Source: an uncultured virus (IMG/VR IMGVR_UViG_3300011434_000007)
Taxonomy: Duplodnaviria; Heunggongvirae; Uroviricota; Caudoviricetes
Reading direction: 5' to 3' (one strand)
Length of the DNA stretch: 64,000 bases
Virus record (IMG/VR): IMGVR_UViG_3300011434_000007
Position numbers and translations under genes: made by a program. Shown one piece after another: positions 17,960 to 27,004 of the stretch (within the stretch, counting starts at the first letter, position 1; each line of letters opens with the position of its first letter). The notes beneath the pieces were generated by a model. That model was not told the DNA's origin. It did no database searches and saw only the letters and a program-made list of their open reading frames with translations.

Positions 17960-20517
17960 TGGATCAGCCAGTTTCTCCACCATTACTTCAAGGCCATTAT
18001 TCAGTAGATGATACGCCTTGTAAGAGTTGTCCTCTTTGGGAAACTTCTGTTTCAGGTGCTATTCGCCGCAGTGCTGTTTATGGCCGTGGAACGGGCCGCT
18101 ATGGTTTAATGTTCATTACCCCCACAGTTAACACTGCGGATCTTCTTAATGGACGCCCTTTGACAAGCAGAACTACTTCTGCTTTGTTTTCTGATCTTCT
18201 GCGCCAAGTTGGTATCTCCGAATCTGAGTGTTTTATTACGTCTACTACTAGATGCCGCCCCCCAGGAGATCGTTTACCTGAGGCCAGTGAATACAAGGCC
18301 TGTTTTGTTAAACACGGCAAAATTGATTTTCCAAGTACTCGTCCAAAGCTGATAATGTTACTTGGAGCTATCAGTTTGAAGGCAATTTTGGGTTTACCTA
18401 AGATCACTGAACGTCGGGGTATTTTTTATGATTGTGATATCTTTGGTGATCCTCCTATCAAGGCAATGGCCACGTTTCACCCTGATGCTGTTCTTGTAAA
18501 ACCGGCATATGGCCAAACAGTATTATCAGATCTTAGACGAGCCCGAGAATTTGTAGAAGATATCAAGGTCACTAGCACGTTGCCTACCAATAATAAGATT
18601 CTTGTTCGGGACAAGGAACAATTCACGTTATTAACAGAGTTTCTAAGGACTCAGGCTAAAGAAATAGCAGTTGACTTAGAAACAACAGGCCTTTCCTTTT
18701 ACCGTAATGAAATAGCATCCATCAGTTTTTCATGTACTCTTGAGGATGGTAATATGTTAAGTGTAGGTATACTTACTAGACCCAAGGTTGGTTGGTGGCA
18801 CGCCGAGTTAAAAGATCCCTGGGTCAAAGGTATATTTACTCAGCTTTTTAACAATCATGAAATTGCCTTTATCTTTCATAACGGAGACTTTGATACAAAG
18901 TTTCTTTGGTTCAATGGCTATTATGTTAAGAACAGTTATGATACCATTGATGCCCACTTGTTATTGGATGAGAATAGTTCCCATAAATTAAAGGATTTAA
19001 CTACCTTATTCATTGCTGAGAAGGCAGGTTACCAACACAAGATTCTTGAAGAAGTAGGTGATCCAGCTGAAATTGCCAATGCTTCTCCTGAAGTACTTCT
19101 GGATTATAACACTGATGATACCTACACCACTAAGGTGCTTAAGGATCAATTTGAAATTCGTTTACGCAAGGAAGATTTGTGGGACTTTTATGTTGATCAT
19201 GCCATGCCTACACGCAGAGTATTTACTAAGATTTCATTTCGGGGTATCATGGTAGATCGTCCGCGTGTTCTAGAAACATCTTCTCTTTACAGGGCTAAGA
19301 TCAAAGCACTTGAAAAGGATCTTTTTAGTGCCGTAGGTTCTACGTTTGAATGGACTTCATATCAGCAGCTTGCAGACATGTTATATGTGAAGTTACATTT
19401 GCCTGTTTTTGCTACAACCAAAAAGGGCAAGCCTTCAACTAACAAGGAAACATTAAAGTTATTAGAAGACAAGCATATTGCCCCTGCACTTATCATCAAA
19501 ATGAAGCATATGCAGAAGATGCTTACCACTTACCTTGATGGCGATGATGGCATGGGCAACATCAAAGGAGGCATGCTACAGTACCTTGACCATAATGACC
19601 GTATACATTCTGATTTTTTAACACATGGCACAACTAGCGGTCGACCTTCAGCAAAAGCTCCAAGTCTTTTAACTATTCCACGTGATCCTGAGATACGCAT
19701 GAATTTCATGGCTCCTCCTGGGTGGGTTTTAATAGACTGCGATTATTCACAAGCTGAACTGGTATTACTAGCTTTTCTTTCAGGTGACCCTAGATTGATA
19801 GAGGCCGTGACTTCTGATGACATGCATTTACATACTCAGCTCAACATGATGCGCCTTACGATGGATAAGGTAAATAAGGAAACTCGTGTCATTGCTAAGA
19901 CCATTAATTTTCGAAAAGCATATCGTGGAGGTGGTAGAGGAGCAGCTGGTGTACTGAAGATGACTGAAGATGAAGCTGAAGCTTTGTTTAAAAAATGGGA
20001 CGAAACTTATTATATGGTCCCCCAGTGGTGGGCTGAACAGGAACGCCAATGGCGCGAACGTGCTGTGATTGATGGCATTTATGGTAGACGTAGACACTTC
20101 CCGCCCGCGTACGATCGAAAGACGGCAGCTTACTATGATCGTCTGTCTGCGAACTTTCCTTGTCAGAATGGTGTGGCAGATACTACTAATAGAAGTCTGT
20201 ATACCATTGACGCTGCTTTAGAAAGACTTTTTGGTTGGTCTTTAGAAACGATGTATCAAGTTCCAGGCATTGTTCTATCTGTGCATGATGCTATCATCTC
20301 TGAGGCTCCTGAAGAACATGCAGAAGACATTTGTAGCTTAATGACTGAGATTATGCGTCTTCCATTACCCAAGATAAATATTTCTTTAAAACTTGACTCT
20401 AAGCTAGTACACCGTTGGGGCGAAGAAGCTACTAAGGAAAAAGACAAGGTTGTTGAGAAGACAATTGAAGATGATATTCGTGAAGAACTACGTGACGACC
20501 AGGTAAGGAGATTTTAA
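17959..20517 (+). CDS. polA: Family A DNA polymerase with N-terminal family-4 UDG-like domain and 3'-5' exonuclease
   Basis: CxxCxL, CRPP...C, FHP (UDG-like). DLETTG, HNGDFD, YNTDD (exonuclease). DYSQAEL, RxxAKxxNFxxxY, VHD (polymerase motifs A, B, C). Confidence 0.93.
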   Translation: MDQPVSPPLLQGHYSVDDTPCKSCPLWETSVSGAIRRSAVYGRGTGRYGLMFITPTVNTADLLNGRPLTSRTTSALFSDLLRQVGISESECFITSTTRCRPPGDRLPEASEYKACFVKHGKIDFPSTRPKLIMLLGAISLKAILGLPKITERRGIFYDCDIFGDPPIKAMATFHPDAVLVKPAYGQTVLSDLRRAREFVEDIKVTSTLPTNNKILVRDKEQFTLLTEFLRTQAKEIAVDLETTGLSFYRNEIASISFSCTLEDGNMLSVGILTRPKVGWWHAELKDPWVKGIFTQLFNNHEIAFIFHNGDFDTKFLWFNGYYVKNSYDTIDAHLLLDENSSHKLKDLTTLFIAEKAGYQHKILEEVGDPAEIANASPEVLLDYNTDDTYTTKVLKDQFEIRLRKEDLWDFYVDHAMPTRRVFTKISFRGIMVDRPRVLETSSLYRAKIKALEKDLFSAVGSTFEWTSYQQLADMLYVKLHLPVFATTKKGKPSTNKETLKLLEDKHIAPALIIKMKHMQKMLTTYLDGDDGMGNIKGGMLQYLDHNDRIHSDFLTHGTTSGRPSAKAPSLLTIPRDPEIRMNFMAPPGWVLIDCDYSQAELVLLAFLSGDPRLIEAVTSDDMHLHTQLNMMRLTMDKVNKETRVIAKTINFRKAYRGGGRGAAGVLKMTEDEAEALFKKWDETYYMVPQWWAEQERQWRERAVIDGIYGRRRHFPPAYDRKTAAYYDRLSANFPCQNGVADTTNRSLYTIDAALERLFGWSLETMYQVPGIVLSVHDAIISEAPEEHAEDICSLMTEIMRLPLPKINISLKLDSKLVHRWGEEATKEKDKVVEKTIEDDIREELRDDQVRRF

Positions 20518-21014
20518 TGCGCATTGTTTTTACCGGTAGTCATGGTGTTGGTAAGAGTACTTTATTTGATCGAATTTACTCTCTAATACCCTTGCCTTTT
20601 GCCTTTGATAGTTTTGTAAGGAACCATCCTAATCTCAAAAATTACAGTGCACGTACACAACAGCGTTATATTGACTTTTGTTACATATGGAAGCAATATT
20701 TGACGCCTTCTTACATAGCCTCTAGATCTATCTATGATACTTGGGCATATGCCAAGCTTACTGTGCATCCAGACTTTCACTACCATCTAATGAAATGGGC
20801 TGTGCGCCACATTTGGTATGACTACGTGTTCTATGTTCCTATCGAATTTCCTTTGGTAAATGATGGCGTGCGCTTTAGCGATCCCAGTTTTCAAATAGCT
20901 CATGATAAGACTTTGAAGTTGATACTTGATTACCACGGGGTCCCGTATCATACAATAAGAGGTACAGTTGATGAGCGTGTTCAGCAGGTAAAGGATATTC
21001 TGGGATATGATTAA
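20517..21014 (+). CDS. P-loop nucleotide kinase-like protein (AAA_28/NadR-like)
   Basis: FTGSHGVGKST, RSIYDTWAY, YDYVFYVPIEF..DGVR, GTVDERV. Confidence 0.8.
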   Translation: MRIVFTGSHGVGKSTLFDRIYSLIPLPFAFDSFVRNHPNLKNYSARTQQRYIDFCYIWKQYLTPSYIASRSIYDTWAYAKLTVHPDFHYHLMKWAVRHIWYDYVFYVPIEFPLVNDGVRFSDPSFQIAHDKTLKLILDYHGVPYHTIRGTVDERVQQVKDILGYD

Positions 21015-21828
21015 ACAACCAGCATTATTACACACCCTACCCCTACACTACTTGAATGTTGTAGGGCCAGAATCAAATTTTTATATAGAGTCTGAGTATT
21101 GTTTAGAAAGTCTAATTTACAGGGGGTTCTTTAATGGAGTTGATTGCAGTAATTCAATTCTTGATTGTGGCGTTGGTATTAATGCTGACGTTTCGCAGGT
21201 TAATCCTACGGTCACCGGTGACCGTGATTGGGCTGTTAAGTATTTTGAGCTTGCAGATATTTTGGGACCTGGTGTCGTCGTTGCCCCAGATATCCTAGGT
21301 TGTGCGGCGGCGACGCGTAAAAACTTTCAACTATACACTGAGATTAGTCCCTTACGGACTACTTGGATGTATGTGATACAAGGACAAACAATTGCAGAAG
21401 CAGAGGCAGAAATTGAGTGGGCCATCGCATCACCGACCGTCATCATGGTTGGTTTTCCTCGTGTTGTTCATTATTATGGCGATCCAGTTGATAGCGAAGC
21501 GCTAGGTAAAGTACGATGTCGCCTTATTGAACATTTTTTTAATAGGCTGGTATCAGCGGGTATGCGCATTCATATTTTAGGTATGAACAGTTTTGCTGAA
21601 CTTCGTTTTGCAGCTGAATTGGGCATGTCTATTGATAGTCGTATTGCCTCGTTACTGGCAGTAGCTGGTTTGCAAGTGGATCCCACGCATCCTTTAAATA
21701 GACCGAAGGGTCTGCGAGTTGACATACTTCAACACTACAGCGTAGAAACATTAGAATTGATTGAAACTAATGTCTTTACTCTCAATGATTTTTTTGATAG
21801 CCTATGTCCGAAGAACCCGCTAACATAA
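21007..21828 (+). CDS. TGT-fold transglycosylase, divergent DpdA-like
   Basis: ILDCG, VAPDILG, VIQG, IHILG and SIDS occur in the order of the TGT active-site motifs; que genes are in the same genome. Confidence 0.75.
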   Translation: MIKQPALLHTLPLHYLNVVGPESNFYIESEYCLESLIYRGFFNGVDCSNSILDCGVGINADVSQVNPTVTGDRDWAVKYFELADILGPGVVVAPDILGCAAATRKNFQLYTEISPLRTTWMYVIQGQTIAEAEAEIEWAIASPTVIMVGFPRVVHYYGDPVDSEALGKVRCRLIEHFFNRLVSAGMRIHILGMNSFAELRFAAELGMSIDSRIASLLAVAGLQVDPTHPLNRPKGLRVDILQHYSVETLELIETNVFTLNDFFDSLCPKNPLT

Positions 21829-22214
21829 ACACAGTCCTGCAGGTCAATGAATTAAATCTGCAGGGTGAGATGGCTCAGTGTCCAGCTTGGTTTTACTACT
21901 ATGCTGCTCTAGCTATTGACGCTGAGGAGGGCGCAGACACTGCCACTCTCGCAGTCGAAACCTATGAGCAACTCTTAGCCGGAGATTATAAGAAACTACC
22001 GGCGATGAGCGATTTGACGCAAACAGAAATTAAGCGTCATTTTAGAAGTGATCCTAAGTGGCAAGCTTTAAAAGAACAGGAAACTAAGTTACGCACCAAT
22101 GCAAAGTTACTTGACAAGGCAGCGAAAGCATTAGAGATGAAGTCTCGTATGCTCATGTCAATTAACAAGCGGGATATGTACAAAAAGGGTGTTTTCACAG
22201 TTGAGCAAGACTAA
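21804..22214 (+). CDS. UvsY-like recombination mediator
   Basis: Small, all-helical (AWFYYYA...SDPKW...LEMKSRML), directly upstream of the SSB and RecA genes. Confidence 0.6.
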   Translation: MSEEPANINTVLQVNELNLQGEMAQCPAWFYYYAALAIDAEEGADTATLAVETYEQLLAGDYKKLPAMSDLTQTEIKRHFRSDPKWQALKEQETKLRTNAKLLDKAAKALEMKSRMLMSINKRDMYKKGVFTVEQD

Positions 22215-22237
22215 CAAGGAAATTTAAGGAGAAAACG

Positions 22238-23185
22238 ATGACGGTATACACATATAATCCAGATAACCAAAAAAAGCTTACGCCTGTGGCAAATGAGCCT
22301 TTTTTGAAGAATGTACCGAAAGAAAAACTTTTTGTACCAACCGGAGGTGTTCAACACCGTATCCGCATCTTACCGCCTTGGAGTGCAACAGGTCTTTTTG
22401 CTCGTTTTGCAAAGACTCATTGGCGCGTAGGTGCATCAGGCAAAGCTTTCGTATGCCCTGATATGTGGGAAGAGGGCACTTGTCCTTTTTGCAAAACCTG
22501 GGCACAGATCCGCCAGCAGTACGATTTGTACCAAGTTGACGTACTCGCCATACGTGCGAATCCGAGATATTATTCTAACATCATTAATGTCACTGAACCA
22601 CATAAGGGCGTACAAGTTTACACCTATGGTAAGAGAGTTTACCAAATGCTGAAGGGTATTCAAGACTCTGGTAGCTTTGGTGACATTACTGATCCCATCA
22701 ATGGCGTGGATCTGATACTTCAGCGTACAGGTCAGGGTATGCAAATCCAAGATGTCATCTATCCCATACCACAGCATACACCGATCCAGAATCCTGATTG
22801 GCTGGACCAGCTGTACAACTTGGATGACATTTTTAGCTTGCCTGATTTAGAGGATATTGAGGCATGCCACAAGACGCATCCTTGGAGGGTCTACAATCCC
22901 AACGCTGCAGCTGGAGCGCCAGCCAGCATTCCAGTATTTACAATGCCTCCACCCGTTGCTCCTACGCCTTTTGCTCCTCCAGCATCTGTACGATTTACAC
23001 CGCCTGTGATGCCGGCTGCCACACCTTCCTGGCCTCCCGCTCAGCCTTCTCCTATAGTTGTCGAAACTGCTCATCCTGCTCAGCCTGCTCCTGCTCAGCC
23101 TGCTCCTGCTGCAAGCACCATGAGCAGTATTCAGTCTTTGGAAGATAGGATTCGCGCCAAGTTGACAGCAGCCAAACCACAGTAA
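22238..23185 (+). CDS. gp32-like single-stranded DNA-binding protein
   Basis: RIRILPP, H...CP...CPFC, RYYSNI, DITDPINGVDL. Pro-rich C-terminal tail. Confidence 0.8.
   Translation: MTVYTYNPDNQKKLTPVANEPFLKNVPKEKLFVPTGGVQHRIRILPPWSATGLFARFAKTHWRVGASGKAFVCPDMWEEGTCPFCKTWAQIRQQYDLYQVDVLAIRANPRYYSNIINVTEPHKGVQVYTYGKRVYQMLKGIQDSGSFGDITDPINGVDLILQRTGQGMQIQDVIYPIPQHTPIQNPDWLDQLYNLDDIFSLPDLEDIEACHKTHPWRVYNPNAAAGAPASIPVFTMPPPVAPTPFAPPASVRFTPPVMPAATPSWPPAQPSPIVVETAHPAQPAPAQPAPAASTMSSIQSLEDRIRAKLTAAKPQ
23075..23110. repeat. 15-bp tandem repeat (PAQPA)
   Basis: CCTGCTCAGCCTGCT x2 plus CCTGCT. Confidence 0.85.
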
Positions 23186-23193
23186 GGAGATCT

Positions 23194-24468
23194 ATGGCAC
23201 GTGACGATGTTATTGAAAGAACAGTCAAAGAGTTCACTAAGAAGTTTGGTGAGGGTACTGCCTGTACTTTGACTAAGATGTTCGCCCCTGAAAATGTTAA
23301 GGGATTTGTACCCACTGGTAATTTAGCCATCGACTGGGTTATCGGCAGACCTGGTTTCCCGTTGGGACGCATTAGTGAAATTGCAGGCCCATTCTCCAGT
23401 GGCAAGAGTTCAATCGTTGCACAGGCCATAGGCGCAGCTCAGAGACAAGGTATTGTCTGCGTATTAGCTGATACTGAGCACAGCTATGATTCCTCATGGT
23501 CTAGGCGCTTTGGGGTAGATCCCGAACATCTGATTTTGCTGCAGCCTCAGCATCTTGAAGCTCTTTTTGATGAAATTCAGTTTGTCATTGAGGTTGTTAA
23601 AGAGGGGAAGGATCCAACGCCAATGTTTATCGTAGCTGATAGTGTGTCAGCTACGCCAGCGTCTGCTGAACTTGAAATGGAAGATTCGACAGGTTCTCAA
23701 GCTCGTGGCTTACATGCCAGGATCATTTCTCAGGGTTTGCGCAAGCTGAGCAATTTGATTTGGAATGAGAGTGTTGCTTTGCTATTCGTCTCCCAGTTGA
23801 AAGACAATCCTGGCATCATGTACGGTACTAACAAATCAAAGATTGGTGGCCACGCAATTGATTTTCATGCAGGCCTGCTTCTCGAAACTCGTAAGCTAGC
23901 TCAAAAGAAAGGCGAGGGAGAAACTGAGAAGATCATTGGCCAAACCATCCAAGTCCATTCCACGAAGAATAAATTTGTCCCTCCTTTTAGGACCCGGACA
24001 TTTGATCTTTTCTTTGACTCTGGTATCCGACCTAAAGAAATTGCCCTAAGTTTTCTCAGTGATCCAGATTTGCTTGGTAGGATCAAAGCCGGCGGTGGCT
24101 GGTATGAATACGACGGCAAAAAGTACCGTAAAGATGAATTGGCAGCGTTACTTGATGATGCCATTATCTCTGATACCTACAGGTCCTTGGGTTTAATTCA
24201 AGTCCCTGCATCAGAGCAAGTACAGAAAGTGATTGAGACCAAGAAAGAGGCGACAGTAGTATCTCCCGCACTTAAGGCTGAATTAGCAGATAAGTTTCCT
24301 GTTGTTGATTCTAATAACATTAATCCTTCACAAATTATTCGTGCTGAATCACCTAGTGGAAGTGCACCAATTGTATCTTCTGTGGAAATCGTTGCAAAGG
24401 ATGACACCGGTACTTTAAACACTACCGTTGTTAAGCTTGAAGGGGTTGTTTCCATCAAGGATCTGTAA
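23194..24468 (+). CDS. recA: RecA/UvsX recombinase with C-terminal extension
   Basis: PTGNLAID, GFPLGRISEIAGPFSSGKS, DTEH, VADSV, SQ, GGHAIDF, KNKFVPPFR, GWY. Confidence 0.93.
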   Translation: MARDDVIERTVKEFTKKFGEGTACTLTKMFAPENVKGFVPTGNLAIDWVIGRPGFPLGRISEIAGPFSSGKSSIVAQAIGAAQRQGIVCVLADTEHSYDSSWSRRFGVDPEHLILLQPQHLEALFDEIQFVIEVVKEGKDPTPMFIVADSVSATPASAELEMEDSTGSQARGLHARIISQGLRKLSNLIWNESVALLFVSQLKDNPGIMYGTNKSKIGGHAIDFHAGLLLETRKLAQKKGEGETEKIIGQTIQVHSTKNKFVPPFRTRTFDLFFDSGIRPKEIALSFLSDPDLLGRIKAGGGWYEYDGKKYRKDELAALLDDAIISDTYRSLGLIQVPASEQVQKVIETKKEATVVSPALKAELADKFPVVDSNNINPSQIIRAESPSGSAPIVSSVEIVAKDDTGTLNTTVVKLEGVVSIKDL

Positions 24469-25001
24469 TGCTATCAGATGAACAAAGATCTAAGATCGCT
24501 AAGCGATCTAGTGCCAAGGGTGGAGAGTATGAACGTCGAGTTGCTAAACTCATAGCTTCATACTTTGGTATGGATTGGGGTAAAGCCTTCTTACGCACTA
24601 AGCGTACTACAGGGGGTCAACCACATGGTGATTTAAAGCCTATCGACGATATGTACATTGTATGGAAGGGTGGAGGTTATGGTTCCATTGAATGTAAGTG
24701 TCGCAAGGAATGGGGCTTTAATGAGATTTTTAAGAATCCACGCAAATGTACTGTCTTTGATTACTGGGTTAAAAGTCGTGACGACACGAAAGATGAAAAA
24801 ACAGTTGTAATCTTTACCAAGGCCGGTGTAACAGATTACATCTTATTCCCACTTCAGCAGGACTTTATTTTTCATGGTGCCTTTGCGTCCTTTGAAGCTG
24901 AAGGCAAACGCTTTATGATTACTACTCTTAAAGACTTCCTCAGGTTTACCTGGCCTAATGAACCAGAACACATCTCCCAGGGTGACGAATCGGGAGCTTA
25001 A
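24468..25001 (+). CDS. Holliday junction resolvase-like PD-(D/E)XK nuclease
   Basis: KGGEYERRVA...GDL...IECK. Confidence 0.75.
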   Translation: MLSDEQRSKIAKRSSAKGGEYERRVAKLIASYFGMDWGKAFLRTKRTTGGQPHGDLKPIDDMYIVWKGGGYGSIECKCRKEWGFNEIFKNPRKCTVFDYWVKSRDDTKDEKTVVIFTKAGVTDYILFPLQQDFIFHGAFASFEAEGKRFMITTLKDFLRFTWPNEPEHISQGDESGA

Positions 25002-25010
25002 TGCTATACT
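24982..25010 (+). promoter_or_regulatory. Sigma70-type promoter for the packaging operon
   Basis: GTGACG-N17-TATACT with an extended -10 (TG at 25002-25003). Confidence 0.55.
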
Positions 25011-25018
25011 TATGAGGT

Positions 25019-25543
25019 ATGGCAAAGCAGCCGGATCTCGAACGTAGGCGTAATGCTTATCGCCTCTATTTACGTTGTCGCAACCTTTTACAGGTATCCA
25101 GAGAGTTAGGAATACCAGCGGCAACCTTACACGTATGGAAAAAGCAAGAGGATTGGGATGCCAAGATAAGCAGGGATCAAGAATTACTTACTCAGGCCCG
25201 TTCGGCTATTGCCCGTGCCCAGCAAAGTGCTGAGACAGCTGACCAGATAAATGAGCTTAAATTACTTGATTTCCTTGAGGGAAAAGTAGCAGAACTTCTG
25301 GTCACTGAAGAAGTACGTCCTACCAGTTGGAAAGATGTTCTAGACACTGTTAAGCTTGTTTCCCACCAGCGTCGTTTGATTACTGGTGATCCCACCGAAA
25401 ATAATACCATTGAGACATCAGCAATGAAAGAAAAAGATCTCGACGATGAGATCATCAAATTACGCCGAGCCTTGGCTGAGGCTGAAAATAAGCTACCTGT
25501 CCCTGCAGATATAGTACCCGCGGAGAAGGAACCACATGAATGA
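25019..25543 (+). CDS. terS: Terminase small subunit
   Basis: N-terminal HTH (VSRELGIPAATLHVWK...WD), coupled to terL. Confidence 0.75.
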   Translation: MAKQPDLERRRNAYRLYLRCRNLLQVSRELGIPAATLHVWKKQEDWDAKISRDQELLTQARSAIARAQQSAETADQINELKLLDFLEGKVAELLVTEEVRPTSWKDVLDTVKLVSHQRRLITGDPTENNTIETSAMKEKDLDDEIIKLRRALAEAENKLPVPADIVPAEKEPHE

Positions 25544-26994
25544 GTTCCTTCGACGAAAAATTTAGGTTATATCAGCTTCTTAAAGAAAAGACAATTCGTC
25601 GCGCCCGCGAAGATCCTGCAGCTTTTATTCGTTACGTATTTGATTATGAAGCTACTACCATGCACGAGACATGGCATAGTTTTATGAATACGCATCGCTT
25701 TGGTCAGATGTTGGCAGCTCGTGGTAGTGGCAAGAGTGAACAGGTTACTGTTGGCAGGGTTCTTTGGGAGATCGGTAAGAATCCCAATCTGCGTGTCAAG
25801 ATTGTTACTGAAGCTGATGATCGTGCACAAGATCTCATTGTACGCATATCAACGACTATTCTTGAAAATGAGAAATTTAAAGAGATCTTTCCTAATTGTG
25901 TTCCTGCTTCTCTTGGTACTTGGACTAAGTCTAAAATTACGGTTAGACGCAACGTGGCACATACAGACGCCACTGTTGAAGGTTCTGGTGTATTGACGTC
26001 CTCAACTGGTGGCCGCGCTGATTTAATTATATTTGACGACGTTTCTGGTTATCGTAATAGTTTGGTTTTCCCGCGTTTACGTCAGCAGGTCAAAGAAGCA
26101 TTCCATTCAAATTGGCTTAACATGTCTGACGGCGCTGCATTTCGTTGGTACATGGTAGGTACACCCTGGCACGTAGAAGATGTTGTTTCAGAGATACGTG
26201 CTAACAACATGATACCCAAGTGCCGTGAATACTGGGTTGGAGATAATTTTGAGTCTCATTGGCCAGAGCGCTACGATTCAGAATACTTTAGAGGCAAGTT
26301 AGCTGTTTCAGGTACACGGCATTACAACAGAGCATATCGTGGAGTAGCTCTCACAGACGAAGAGTCCTGGATTAATGCAACGGCTGTTGACTCTTCACGA
26401 GACTATGAGTTAAAAGCTTTCGACGTTATTATAAACACTGAAGTTATCAAATTCGTCGGTGTGGATTTGGGACATCGGCCTGGCGTCGAGAATTGCCCCT
26501 CAGTGATTTATACTTTGGGTCGAGCTCCCACTGCCAAACGTATTCCATGTGAGATTCGTATTCTTAGACGCAACGAGCCATTAGAAACTGCCCGCTCTAT
26601 AATTGAGGTATGTGAGAGGATGAAACCTGCCAAGGTTTATGTTGAAAACAATGGCGCGCAGAAGTATTTAGTCGACATCATTCAATCTCTTGTACCTCAG
26701 TTAGGCTTGCCCATTGAAGGTTACTTTACGGGCAATCAGAAGTTGGATGTTAATGTGGGAATACCCTCATTGATGGCAGAGATTGAAACAGGTCAATGGA
26801 AGATTCCATTGGGTGCTGGTGGTGATCATGACAAAGCCTGTCAGTGCTCTTTTTGTTATTGGATGCAGGAAGTTAAAGATTATCCAAACTCACATAGTGA
26901 CGCCCTGATGGCCGGTTGGCTGGCATTAGAGGCGCTTCGTAAAATAAGCGAACGTAAGGGCGGCGGTTTTTCAGTATGGAATTACAGGACGTAG
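25540..26994 (+). CDS. terL: Terminase large subunit
   Basis: ARGSGKS, LIIFDD, GTPWH, VGVDLG, VENNGAQ, HSDALMA. Confidence 0.93.
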   Translation: MSSFDEKFRLYQLLKEKTIRRAREDPAAFIRYVFDYEATTMHETWHSFMNTHRFGQMLAARGSGKSEQVTVGRVLWEIGKNPNLRVKIVTEADDRAQDLIVRISTTILENEKFKEIFPNCVPASLGTWTKSKITVRRNVAHTDATVEGSGVLTSSTGGRADLIIFDDVSGYRNSLVFPRLRQQVKEAFHSNWLNMSDGAAFRWYMVGTPWHVEDVVSEIRANNMIPKCREYWVGDNFESHWPERYDSEYFRGKLAVSGTRHYNRAYRGVALTDEESWINATAVDSSRDYELKAFDVIINTEVIKFVGVDLGHRPGVENCPSVIYTLGRAPTAKRIPCEIRILRRNEPLETARSIIEVCERMKPAKVYVENNGAQKYLVDIIQSLVPQLGLPIEGYFTGNQKLDVNVGIPSLMAEIETGQWKIPLGAGGDHDKACQCSFCYWMQEVKDYPNSHSDALMAGWLALEALRKISERKGGGFSVWNYRT

Positions 26995-27004
26995 GTGGAG
27001 TGGC

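Noticed and set aside
17959..26994. Inteins, introns or homing endonucleases in polA, recA or terL
   Set aside because: Motif spacing is continuous, with no intein termini or LAGLIDADG/HNH motifs.
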